20,000 nt of DNA from an uncultured virus (IMG/VR IMGVR_UViG_3300033463_000092) (lineage: Duplodnaviria > Heunggongvirae > Uroviricota > Caudoviricetes): IMG/VR virus record IMGVR_UViG_3300033463_000092; one strand, written 5' to 3'. The translations under genes and the position numbers were made by a program. This document shows, in pieces, positions 1-7,663 of this stretch. The stretch's first letter is position 1; every line of letters starts with the position of its first letter. The notes under the pieces were generated by a model that was given only the letters and a program-made list of their open reading frames with translations, did not search any database and was not told the origin of the DNA.

Positions 1-16
1 AAAGGAGACTCCAATC

Positions 17-361
17 ATGGCTACCATCACAGATGCCAACGCTGCTCTGGTCCTCGACCTCAAGAAAACTTACACCATCGTCTATCGTAACCTTCGGAAG
101 GAACAGACCGACGAGGAAAGGCAGAAAGGACTTCGTCATCCCAAACCGATGAAGATCAAGATCTTGAACGGTCTCTATCACAACTATCCTCAGGACAGTT
201 GGATCGGTCACGACAGTGAAGATGGCTTTTGTGATCCTCTGGGTGAAAGGGTCTACTTCGATGGAGAAAAAGTCCCGGACTACATCCCTCAGAAGGAGAT
301 TCTTTGGATCGGCACAGATGAGGATTGGCAGAATTTTCTCAAAGCAGAGTTTACTTTTTGA
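17..361 (+). CDS. Hypothetical phage protein (114 aa)
   Basis: AAAGGAG SD at 1-7. The last codons (EFTF*) are encoded by the next promoter's -35 region. Confidence 0.8.
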   Translation: MATITDANAALVLDLKKTYTIVYRNLRKEQTDEERQKGLRHPKPMKIKILNGLYHNYPQDSWIGHDSEDGFCDPLGERVYFDGEKVPDYIPQKEILWIGTDEDWQNFLKAEFTF

Positions 362-413
362 GCCTCTCAGTTATACTATAATATCACCGCCAATCAAAAA
401 GAAAGGATTTGAA

Positions 414-614
414 ATGAAGGTCAAAGAACTCAAAGATATGCTCTCCCAATACCCCGATGACATGGAGGTAGAATTCTACACTTTTCTCAAGGAACCTCTT
501 GACATCATATGGGACAACGGTCCCGGACAGGTCATCATGGAGGACATCAGCTTGGACCAACGTGAGACAAGAGATGGGAAGAAGGAAAAGTTCGTTTCCA
601 TTTTGGTAGGATGA
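414..614 (+). CDS. Small phage protein, MKVKEL..L..YPDDMEV type (66 aa)
   Basis: Promoter 349, SD and ATG 414. N-terminal motif is common in phage hypotheticals. Confidence 0.85.
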   Translation: MKVKELKDMLSQYPDDMEVEFYTFLKEPLDIIWDNGPGQVIMEDISLDQRETRDGKKEKFVSILVG

Positions 615-695
615 TTAGGAATAGTTGACTTGGTTTACTTTTCAGTCATCCTTGTTATATTTTAATAATCACTGACAATTGAAAGGAACTTAGAT

Positions 696-935
696 ATGGA
701 TCAGCTTACCCCTCATGAAACAGACACCCTCGATCTCTCCCCTTACTTTCTCACCACTGCGGCGGCATTCTTGCTCCTCAAGCTTTTCGGGGTAGTCAAT
801 TGGAGTTGGTGGATCGTCTTGGCTCCTTTTTATGCTCCTTTCGTCATCGTTCTCCTCACGGCAGGCATACTTTACCTTACCACTTGGATGATATACGGCC
901 GCCCAATGGTCAGCTTCTCCTTCACTTGGAAGTGA
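696..935 (+). CDS. Small membrane protein with LKL.G...WSWW.V.AP motif (Tmemb_185A/Fragile-X-F-like phage family)
   Basis: Promoter 633 and SD. Two hydrophobic segments with LLKLFGVVNWSWWIVLAPFY. Confidence 0.8.
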   Translation: MDQLTPHETDTLDLSPYFLTTAAAFLLLKLFGVVNWSWWIVLAPFYAPFVIVLLTAGILYLTTWMIYGRPMVSFSFTWK

Positions 936-991
936 GTTTACTTTTCAGACATCCTTGTTATAATTAAATACAACAAGAAAGGATTTCTATC

Positions 992-1090
992 ATGGCTCTC
1001 ACTCTCACCATTCTTTTCTACGGCAACCTCATTCTCGGAGGTCTGTTCCTCATCGGCTGTTTCATCTACGGATTCATGGAAGAAGTTTAA
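992..1090 (+). CDS. 32-aa single-TM peptide MALTLTILFYGNLILGGLFLIGCFIYGFMEEV
   Basis: Promoter 936, AAAGGA and ATG 992. Below the ORF-track cutoff. Confidence 0.75.
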   Translation: MALTLTILFYGNLILGGLFLIGCFIYGFMEEV

Positions 1091-1106
1091 GATAAGGAGA
1101 TAAAAA

Positions 1107-1292
1107 ATGAAAAAGTTCATCATCTCGGCTCATACTTTCCCCACCACCGGCGGCACAACTTGGTTCGTCCGAACCATCCCGGCTAAGACCAAAGAGCTTG
1201 CCATCAAGGCCTTCTTCGCTCACTTTGGCAAACTGAATGCCATCGATCGGATCGTCGAAGCCAAAGAAAACGGTGATCCGAGGAACGACTGA
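1107..1292 (+). CDS. Small protein, beta-beta-alpha-beta (I.A.T.E.A) superfamily
   Basis: TAAGGAG SD. Motif TIPAKTKELAIKAF. Confidence 0.8.
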   Translation: MKKFIISAHTFPTTGGTTWFVRTIPAKTKELAIKAFFAHFGKLNAIDRIVEAKENGDPRND

Positions 1293-1365
1293 TCTTGGTT
1301 TACTTTTCGGTCATCTCTGTTATATTTTAATATAACCACCAACCAAAAAGAAAGGAATTTCCACC

Positions 1366-1614
1366 ATGACCAAGAAGACCGCAATCATGAATTTCGTCGA
1401 AGAAAACGGTGGGACCGTTCGCCGTAAGGACCTGGTCCGCTTCATCTGCGAACTCAACGGAAATGTTTATGATCCCATCCTTCACCGCGGATATTACTCC
1501 GCCGCTCTCTGCCCCACTTCCATTTGGAGAGACGGTCATCTTCTCAAACCCTCCAAGAACGAACCCAGGTATTTGATCCGTTCCGGGCGTGGTCTCTACA
1601 CCGTCTGCCGTTAA
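1366..1614 (+). CDS. Putative winged-helix-like small protein, paralog of 12482-12736
   Basis: Promoter 1298 and SD. Shares KKTAI.NFVE, YDPI.HRGYYS.A.CPT and GHL..PSK..PRYL.R.G.G.YTV with its paralog. Confidence 0.85.
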   Translation: MTKKTAIMNFVEENGGTVRRKDLVRFICELNGNVYDPILHRGYYSAALCPTSIWRDGHLLKPSKNEPRYLIRSGRGLYTVCR

Positions 1615-1624
1615 TCACACAGTT

Positions 1625-1662
1625 AACTGGGAACTCAAAAGAGTTCCCAGTTCTTTCACTTT
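1625..1662 (+). terminator. Hairpin / probable intrinsic terminator
   Basis: 12-bp stem AACTGGGAACTC-aaaa-GAGTTCCCAGTT followed by a T-rich tail. Confidence 0.65.
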
Positions 1663-1686
1663 TACAAAGAAAGGGATCTCTTTATT

Positions 1687-1890
1687 ATGCTTTACAAAGT
1701 GTTTCTTGAATTTGATCATACCAAGACCTGGCTTCCTTACTCCAAAGAGGCTTTTGTGGAATTTGATCCTTCTTTACCCATAAGTGTTCCAACTCAGTTT
1801 TGGCGGTGGGTTTGGAAGCAGCATGGCAGCGATGTGGTCTCCGGAATGTGTTGGCCGGCCAAAGAAGAAGACAAACTTTCCGTAGGATAA
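1687..1890 (+). CDS. Hypothetical protein (67 aa)
   Basis: AAAGGG SD. Ends 4 nt before promoter 1895. Confidence 0.7.
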   Translation: MLYKVFLEFDHTKTWLPYSKEAFVEFDPSLPISVPTQFWRWVWKQHGSDVVSGMCWPAKEEDKLSVG

Positions 1891-1965
1891 TTCGGTTTAC
1901 TTTCTCGGACTTTTGGTTATACTATAATATCAACCACAACCAATCAAACCGAAAGGAAACTAAAT

Positions 1966-2223
1966 ATGATGTACTGTGTCGTCAAGAGCTGTCCCGGCGG
2001 GGATGTTTTTTACGGTCCCTATTCCTCTGTGGAGGATGCCGAAGCCTTCATCAAGGATGATGCCAAGGCGGAAAAGGCTTCCCTGATGGAGTATACTGTC
2101 AACGAGGAGACCGAGACCCACTTCCCCTTCTATCGGCTCACCCTGAAGCTCACCCAGCTCTGGGACGGAAAGCCCTTCTCCTGGAATTGGAATGTCCGTT
2201 TTCTCCTCCCTTCGGAGAAGTGA
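1966..2223 (+). CDS. Hypothetical protein, paralog of 8552-8842
   Basis: Promoter 1895 and SD. GPYSSVEDAEAFIK and FSWNWNVRFLLP vs GPFKTPEMAVKFIK and FRWEVKYLLNP. Confidence 0.85.
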   Translation: MMYCVVKSCPGGDVFYGPYSSVEDAEAFIKDDAKAEKASLMEYTVNEETETHFPFYRLTLKLTQLWDGKPFSWNWNVRFLLPSEK

Positions 2224-2245
2224 TTCTGCCAGAAAGGACTACAGA

Positions 2246-2416
2246 ATGCATACCTACCGCTTTATCTTCACCCTAGATGATGCTCCTTCTACCTACCATA
2301 GCGACATCCTTGCTTTCGACCGCAAAGAGGCTGGAAAGATGTGGAAGGAAGTCAAAGCCATGATACCTTTCAGCCGCCGCAGAGTCCACATCGTCAAAGT
2401 CATTCCTCTGTCTTGA
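2246..2416 (+). CDS. Small protein, YRF.F...DILA....A...W family (56 aa)
   Basis: AAAGGA SD. Starts MHTYRFIFTLDD. Paralogs at 6722(-), 8907, 16043 and 16572. Confidence 0.85.
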   Translation: MHTYRFIFTLDDAPSTYHSDILAFDRKEAGKMWKEVKAMIPFSRRRVHIVKVIPLS

Positions 2417-2491
2417 TATCTCTAAACTTGGTTTACTTTTTGATGGTTGAGGTTATATTATAATACAACCACTAATGAAAGGAACCTCAAA

Positions 2492-2632
2492 ATGAAGAAG
2501 ACCAAAGAGCACATCATGATCGACCTGGAAGTTCGTCACAGTTGGGGAAGCTGCCGTCCCTACACTCGGATTCACAAATCAAAGAAAGCCTACAACCGCA
2601 AGGACCATTCTTGGCGGAACATGGAGGACTGA
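2492..2632 (+). CDS. Small basic protein (46 aa), SWG...P.TRIH.SKK.YNRK family, paralog of 12850-12996
   Basis: Promoter 2431, SD and ATG 2492. High identity to the second copy. Confidence 0.85.
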   Translation: MKKTKEHIMIDLEVRHSWGSCRPYTRIHKSKKAYNRKDHSWRNMED

Positions 2633-2635
2633 AAA

Positions 2636-2851
2636 ATGGTAAAAATTGTTATCAATACCGAAGGAGCTGCTTTCGCCGATGCCGCAGGCAATTACACGAA
2701 CTTCTCTGTCAATTTGGAAGTAGCTGACATCCTCCGCAAGTTGGCGGATCGCTTGACTCTCGTCCCGGATGCCATGACAGGAAGAGAGGTTCCCATCATG
2801 GATGGAAACGGAAACAAGATCGGGACTTTCATCTCCACCAAAGAAGAATAG
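2636..2851 (+). CDS. Conserved-type phage hypothetical (I.T..AAF.D...E.A.ILR.LA...D.NGN.IG.F)
   Basis: GGAGG SD inside the upstream gene. The G of its TAG stop is the first base of promoter 2851. Confidence 0.85.
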   Translation: MVKIVINTEGAAFADAAGNYTNFSVNLEVADILRKLADRLTLVPDAMTGREVPIMDGNGNKIGTFISTKEE

Positions 2852-2884
2852 TTTACTTCTAAACAACTTCTGTTATAATAAAAT

Positions 2885-3159
2885 AAATCGGAATTCACTG
2901 AGTAGGTGGGATGGCCACTGGAAGGTGATTAAGAGAAAGTATCGCTCGTCTCATTAAAAGAGAGACCGTGACGTCCGCCATAAAGAGTGGAATGATTCGA
3001 CCAAGAGCCTCTACAGATTCTCTCCGATCTTTTTATCGGCAAAAGAGAGACCCGGGTCTCTTGAGCAGCGATTAGTGTAACGAAGAGAGCACACCAGTTC
3101 GGAAGCTGGAGGCGGAGGCGCAAACCCTTCATCGCATTTACGCTCTTGCCGATTTTTTT
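2885..3159 (+). ncRNA. Structured non-coding RNA (~270 nt) with a 3' tRNA-like cloverleaf
   Basis: Consensus promoter at 2851, but no AAAGGA-ATG follows. Helices include GTCTC/GAGAC, CCGAT/ATCGG within TCTCT/AGAGA, ATGGC/GCCAT and CAAGAG/CTCTTG. Cloverleaf at 3068-3135. Ends in T7. Confidence 0.7.
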
Positions 3160-3216
3160 GTTTACTTTTCAGTCATTCTTGTTATATTATAATACAACAA
3201 ATAAAAGGATATCAAA

Positions 3217-3489
3217 ATGAATCAGAAGCTCGCCGAAAGAATCCAATCCGAATTGCTGGAAAAAGAAAATCTTTTCAAATCCATTGACTCGCCATCCGAT
3301 CTCGTTCCTCTCCCTGTCCGCAAAGTTCTTTTCGACCAAGCTTGGTCAGACGGCCATGCTTACGGAGATCATGAAGTCACGGCTCTCTACGACAAGTACT
3401 TGGAGCTGCAGGAACATATCCAAGCATGGTATGCGGACTACGAGGACACTTGCAAAAAACTTCAAGCCGCTTCGGATCTGTGGAAGTAA
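3217..3489 (+). CDS. Phage hypothetical with AW.DGH.YG..EV motif (90 aa)
   Basis: Promoter 3160 and SD. Stop directly abuts promoter 3490. Confidence 0.85.
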   Translation: MNQKLAERIQSELLEKENLFKSIDSPSDLVPLPVRKVLFDQAWSDGHAYGDHEVTALYDKYLELQEHIQAWYADYEDTCKKLQAASDLWK

Positions 3490-3547
3490 GTTTACTTTTC
3501 GGACAAGTCTGTTATATTATAATATACCCAACGGAAAGGAATCTAAA

Positions 3548-3712
3548 ATGGCTAAGATCAAACGAATTTGCGGAAACTGCTGCTACATGGACACGAACAA
3601 CCACTGCTTCGCAGAAGGTACCGAAGGTTCTTCCGGCCCTTATCAGTGTGCTTGCGGTCTGTTTGATCCCTGGGACAATCCGAAGTACAGGGAGCAGCCC
3701 AAGGAAAAGTAA
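3548..3712 (+). CDS. Small Cys-rich, putative Zn-binding protein (54 aa)
   Basis: Promoter 3490 and SD. CGNCCY...HC...CAC..F pattern. Confidence 0.8.
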   Translation: MAKIKRICGNCCYMDTNNHCFAEGTEGSSGPYQCACGLFDPWDNPKYREQPKEK

Positions 3713-3722
3713 TCAGCTCTTT

Positions 3723-3751
3723 AGGACCGATCTAACCAATCGGTCCTTTTT
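3723..3751 (+). terminator. Intrinsic terminator abutting promoter 3756
   Basis: AGGACCGAT-loop-ATCGGTCCT-TTTT. Confidence 0.8.
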
Positions 3752-3817
3752 CTTGGTTTACTTTTCAGATAAATCCGTTATATTATAATATCAACAACAA
3801 CCGAAAGGAATCTAAAA

Positions 3818-4108
3818 ATGCTTCTCGCCAACAAAGCTTACATTCTCTTCAAAGCCACCTTCTCCGCCGATCCTTCGGTCACTCTGGAAGATCGGGAATA
3901 TCTTCCGCTCATCCGCCGTGCCAAACGGTACATTCTCGACCATTTGGCCAAGGAAAAGTCCTCTTTCACCATCACCGCTTCGGTTTGTTTCACTCCTCCC
4001 ACCCCGTCTCAGCCTCTGACCAAGATGTCCACCTTCGTCTATTACCCCGAGGGCAACCCCGCGGCGGTCAGTCTCCGCCAGCGTTTCTTCCTCGTCCCCG
4101 AACTTTAA
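3818..4108 (+). CDS. Hypothetical protein (96 aa)
   Basis: Promoter 3756 and SD. C-ending codon bias like its neighbours. Confidence 0.8.
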   Translation: MLLANKAYILFKATFSADPSVTLEDREYLPLIRRAKRYILDHLAKEKSSFTITASVCFTPPTPSQPLTKMSTFVYYPEGNPAAVSLRQRFFLVPEL

Positions 4109-4168
4109 GGTTTACTTTTCGGACAATCCTGTTATATTTTAATACAACTAACGGAAAGGATTACTTCA

Positions 4169-4387
4169 ATGCTTCACAAATTCGTCCTCACCTTCCACGT
4201 CAACACGGAATTCGGCAAGCGTCGTGACCATGCTATCGTCCTCGCTCTCAATCCTCAGGATGCCATCGAAAAGTTCAAAGAAAGGGTCCCCGGCATGGGG
4301 TACCTCTGGGGAAGCCATCACGTGGAGTCTTACTCCGCCTTCCTCGTCCTTCCCATTGAAAAGACCAGATTTGCCAAATGGGCCTGA
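4169..4387 (+). CDS. Small protein, V.A....DA superfamily (72 aa)
   Basis: Promoter 4110 and SD. IVLALNPQDAIEKF. Confidence 0.8.
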   Translation: MLHKFVLTFHVNTEFGKRRDHAIVLALNPQDAIEKFKERVPGMGYLWGSHHVESYSAFLVLPIEKTRFAKWA

Positions 4388-4465
4388 GGAATCGGTTTAC
4401 TTCCCAGACAATCCTGTTATATTGTAATATCCACAACAACCACCCCAACCGAAAGGAAACACACC

Positions 4466-4753
4466 ATGATCACCGCAAAATTCTATGTCATCACCAGGTT
4501 CTCCGTCATCAGAGACACCGTCTACAAGGTCAGCAGCGAACAGACCCCTTACTCCGACTTCGGTGAGGCCTACGAAGCCATGCGGCAGGAGGCAATGGAG
4601 TGGTTCAAAGCATTCTCCAATCCCACCGCTTGTTTGGAGAGTACGACCAACGGAATCATCTTCAAGTACCGGCTCCAGGGTATGAATCCCCGGGAGTGGG
4701 TGACCCACTCCGAGCAGTGGGTCCTTTCAGAGGTCGAAGCCCGCCTCTTTTGA
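4466..4753 (+). CDS. Hypothetical protein (95 aa)
   Basis: Promoter 4395 and SD. PYSDFGEAY motif is loosely like 1966, 8552 and 11536. Confidence 0.85.
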   Translation: MITAKFYVITRFSVIRDTVYKVSSEQTPYSDFGEAYEAMRQEAMEWFKAFSNPTACLESTTNGIIFKYRLQGMNPREWVTHSEQWVLSEVEARLF

Positions 4754-4766
4754 AAGAGACCAACCG

Positions 4767-4799
4767 AGGAGATCGGCTCCCCAACCGATCTCCTTGTTT
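4767..4799 (+). terminator. Hairpin fused to promoter 4796
   Basis: AGGAGATCGG-loop-CCGATCTCCT then TGTTTAC. Confidence 0.65.
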
Positions 4800-4860
4800 A
4801 CTTTTCGAACATCTCTGTTATATTATAATACAACCAACCGCCTAAACGAAAGGAGACTCT

Positions 4861-5109
4861 ATGGCTACCAACTATACCCGTCTCGAACGTTACATGATCG
4901 AAGCTTGTTTGAACGATGAACTTGATGTGATGTACGGCAACTTCACCGTAAACCAAGTGGAACGGATCACCGTGGATGCCTCTGACATCATCAAGAAGTG
5001 CACCCCGGAACTGTACGAGCGGTACTTCAAGGATTACTGCGAACGGAACTCCATCCTCATCAAAAGAGAATCCAATCAGACCATTTATCTGGAAGTCAAC
5101 CCAGATTGA
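4861..5109 (+). CDS. Hypothetical protein (82 aa)
   Basis: Promoter 4796 and AAAGGAG SD. Confidence 0.85.
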   Translation: MATNYTRLERYMIEACLNDELDVMYGNFTVNQVERITVDASDIIKKCTPELYERYFKDYCERNSILIKRESNQTIYLEVNPD

Positions 5110-5172
5110 GTTTTACTTTTTGAATTCAGGTGTTATATTATAACATCCACCAACCAAAAGGAAAAAGTGAAA

Positions 5173-5464
5173 ATGAGTGAAAAGATTCTTACCGTGAACC
5201 TGGATTCTTGTTGGTCCAACTCTGCTCGTGTGAAAATGTTTGTCGACCAGCTGAAGGACAAAAATGTCGAAGGGTCCTTCCACGATGGCGGAGATGACGG
5301 TTCCTCCTGGACTTTGAAAGGCACCAAAGAGAATCTGGTGAAAGCCATCAATGCCCATTGGCTTCTTAACGGTTTTTTATCCTCCAGAAGATGTGATGGA
5401 CCAAGAGACGATGAGTCTCCTCGGTTTTGAGGTTTCCAAAGAAGGCAAAATTGATCTGATGTAA
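5173..5464 (+). CDS. Hypothetical protein with an apparent +1 frameshift at T6 (5373-5378). As written the ORF stops at 5430.
   Basis: Promoter 5111 and SD. Removing one T gives ...GFYPPEDVMDQETMSLLGFEVSKEGKIDLM* ending at TAA 5462-5464, which overlaps the next SD. Confidence 0.65.
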
Positions 5465-5477
5465 GGAGTATCTTTCA

Positions 5478-5606
5478 ATGCACTTCATCATCATCTTTGC
5501 CGTTATCCTCGCTGCCGCTGCTATCATCTCCGTTGGAGTTAAAATGTATCAAGTCGAGAAGGCTTTTCGGCAGCAAACCAAAGAGAGCTCAATTCTCCAT
5601 TATTGA
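5478..5606 (+). CDS. 42-aa protein with an N-terminal TM helix
   Basis: TAAGGAG SD. MHFIIIFAVILAAAAIISVGVKMYQ... Confidence 0.75.
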   Translation: MHFIIIFAVILAAAAIISVGVKMYQVEKAFRQQTKESSILHY

Positions 5607-5624
5607 AGTTCTAAATCTAGACTT

Positions 5625-5656
5625 CGGCTTCACTTCAACCAAAGTGAAGCCGTTTC
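5625..5656 (+). terminator. Hairpin closing the first cassette block
   Basis: CGGCTTCACTT-caacca-AAGTGAAGCCG-TTT. Confidence 0.65.
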
Positions 5657-5784
5657 AGCTAACTTAAAGTTGAAACATCAAAGCTTAAGACACTAACTTT
5701 GTAGTTGTGATTGAAGTTTTCAACTTCTCTTTGAAATAGATTACTCCAAATTAAGTTCAGTGAAGCTTAAGTTCTGTCATCTAT

Positions 5785-5799
5785 TTTAGAATAAATAAT
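5785..5799 (+). promoter_or_regulatory. Putative late promoter (T4 TATAAATA-like)
   Basis: TTTAGAATAAATAAT, 30 nt before ATG 5829. The identical 15-mer occurs on - at 19486-19500. Confidence 0.7.
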
Positions 5800-5828
5800 T
5801 TCATGTTTTGAACTGAAGGAAAACTTAT

Positions 5829-6459
5829 ATGAAAGTTGATGACATATTCAAAAAAGTTTATTTGGAAAGCATTATCAAAGAATCTGCTGAAGAAGATGAA
5901 AACATGCACGGTGATATGGATGATGTTGATTTCAAGAATGGCAAAGATGAAGGCATAAAAGAGATAGATGCTAAATCAGGGTTTCGTTTTGGAGTTGACA
6001 ACTTTGGCAGATATTATATGACTGATAAGGATGGTCTTTGGAAGGATATGAAGATTGAACCTAAGACCAAAACTCAACTTGACGTCCAGAAAATTTTTGA
6101 TCAGAAAGTGAAAGAGCTTACAGAAGAAGATACTTGCTGTGAAGATGTGGATGATAGTAAAATCAACGTTGTGACATCAAGAAGCCTCGATGGTAAAGAA
6201 TACTTCTTAGGCAGCGATGGGGAGGATAACTTTTACTTTGCTGAATTTAGTCCAGATGGCTGGAAACAAATTTATGGAGTTAAAACCACTTTAGATGCTG
6301 AAAGCATGTTTGATAGAATGATTGAAAACTGCCACAAGCCTTGGGGGGGCAGATGACGAAGGTGATGATGAAAGTTATGGAGATGATGACGATGATTATG
6401 ATCCATATGAAGAATTAGCCAGTCAAGGTATCTTCCCAGGCCGTCATGATGATTGGTGA
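5829..6459 (+). CDS. Acidic late-type protein, possibly an internal virion protein, with an apparent frameshift at G7 (6343-6349). As written the ORF stops at 6356.
   Basis: AAGGA SD. N-terminus FKKVYLESIIKE. Two internal repeats. Removing one G continues as ADDEGDDESYGDDDDDYDPYEELASQGIFPGRHDDW** up to the terminator. Confidence 0.8.
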
Positions 6460-6480
6460 TAAAGTCAAAAATACGGATAT

Positions 6481-6513
6481 AAAAAAGGACCGGGTTCTTC
6501 CCGGTCCTTTTTT
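6481..6513. terminator. Bidirectional intrinsic terminator between convergent genes
   Basis: AAAAAAGGACCGGG-ttctt-CCCGGTCCTTTTTT. Confidence 0.9.
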
Positions 6514-6515
6514 GT

Positions 6516-6722
6516 TTAGATTGCGTTGGAAGGGATGACGATGTCACCCCAGACGATGGTAGGAGAGTCGGTCCGGACGGCGGAGAGCAGGGTGGGTTTC
6601 CCGAAGGATGCCTTGACGGCATTCCATTTTTTGGTGGCCTCCCGTTTGTTGGGAGCGAGGATGTCCTGCCAGTGGGTGGCCTTGGTGGTAGGGAGGGTGA
6701 AGAAGAAGCGGTAGAGTTTCAT
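6516..6722 (-). CDS. Small protein, YRF.F...DILA family (68 aa)
   Basis: Minus promoter 6785 and SD. MKLYRFFFTL...WQDILAPNKREATKKW. Confidence 0.88.
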   Translation of the reverse strand: MKLYRFFFTLPTTKATHWQDILAPNKREATKKWNAVKASFGKPTLLSAVRTDSPTIVWGDIVIPSNAI

Positions 6723-6917
6723 GAGGAGGTTCCTTTCGGTTGGTGGTTGATATTAAAATATAACGGGGAATCCAAGAAAGTAAACCAAGTTGTCTGAACT
6801 TTCAGGTTTACTATGAACACTTTTGGCCGCCCCTCGGGGTCGGCAGGGATTAAAAGGTCCTCCTTTGTTCCACTGGTTGATATTTTAATATAACAGATAG
6901 ATCAAAAAAGTAAACTG

Positions 6918-6949
6918 AAAAAAAAGGGACCGCCGCGGCGGTCCCTTTT
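6918..6949 (-). terminator. Intrinsic (possibly bidirectional) terminator abutting minus promoter 6915
   Basis: A8-GGGACCGCC-gc-GGCGGTCCC-TTTT. Confidence 0.8.
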
Positions 6950-6969
6950 GGAGAGCGGAGAGTTGGGCC

Positions 6970-7242
6970 TTAAAAGGAGATGAGACCCTCTTCGGCGAGA
7001 TTGCGGCCGTCGACCCTCACCAGGAGATAAATCTCCCTGGGGCCCACAAAAAAGTGAGACCGCCAAATTTCCGTGGGATTGGAGTTTTTGAGAGAGTTAC
7101 GGAGACTGAAGAGGGCTCTCCCGGCCTCGCGGAATCCCTTGATGGGCTCGCTCACCCATTTGAACTCCCTGTCCCAAAAGCCGCCGTTTTCGGGGAGAGT
7201 GATGTGGGAGATCCGATAGGTGTGAGTGTGAGTGTGTCTCAT
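6970..7242 (-). CDS. Hypothetical protein (90 aa, MRHTHTHTYRISH...)
   Basis: Minus promoter 7316 and AAAGGAG SD. Real start is internal to the 152-aa track ORF. Confidence 0.82.
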   Translation of the reverse strand: MRHTHTHTYRISHITLPENGGFWDREFKWVSEPIKGFREAGRALFSLRNSLKNSNPTEIWRSHFFVGPREIYLLVRVDGRNLAEEGLISF

Positions 7243-7414
7243 GTGAGTGACTCCTTTGTGTTGGTGATTGGTGGGAACCGATATTATATTATAACAGGGA
7301 GATCCGAAAAATAAACCAAGATCCCATACAAATTTTAGCGGCGATGATCGGTTTACGAACCCCGTATGTCTGTTATATTTCAATATCAACCACCCCAACC
7401 GAAAGGACTGCCAC

Positions 7415-7582
7415 ATGGAATTCCGCATTCTCTACTCCACCCCGCTCCTCGCCGCCGCCAATCAGCGCATCGAGGCCTACGTGAAGGCCGGCACCGAAGA
7501 GGCCGCGATGGCCGAACTTCGGTCTTGGTTCACCCCCGCTGAATGGTCCGAAGTGAAAATTCACAGGGTCAGGGTGGCCTAA
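7415..7582 (+). CDS. 55-aa protein, V.A.T.E.A superfamily with C-terminal RVR (T7 Gp2-like pattern)
   Basis: Promoter 7351 and SD. MEFRILYSTPLLAAANQRIEAYVKAGTEEAAMAELRSWFTPAEWSEVKIHRVRVA. Confidence 0.8.
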   Translation: MEFRILYSTPLLAAANQRIEAYVKAGTEEAAMAELRSWFTPAEWSEVKIHRVRVA

Positions 7583-7663
7583 CCCAACTTGGAAAAGACC
7601 AGGGGCTGCCCGCTTCGGCTCCTGGTCCACCTCTCAGACAATCTTATCGAAAGGAACCTCAAC

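Larger units (their letters stand above)
349..5139 (+). promoter_or_regulatory. Block of 14 early-type promoters GTTTAC-N17-TATA(A/T/C)T with A/C-rich leader and AAAGGA RBS
   Basis: -35 hexamer starts at 349, 633, 936, 1298, 1895, 2431, 2851, 3160, 3490, 3756, 4110, 4395, 4796 and 5111 (TTTTAC variant). Example: 2851 GTTTAC ttctaaacaacttc TG t TATAAT. Matches the T4 early promoter consensus. Confidence 0.92.
6757..7316 (-). promoter_or_regulatory. Three minus-strand copies of the same promoter/RBS motif
   Basis: GTAAAC at 6780-6785 and 6910-6915, and ATAAAC variant at 7311-7316. Each has a -10 at the same spacing and TCCTTT (reverse SD) further left. Confidence 0.9.
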
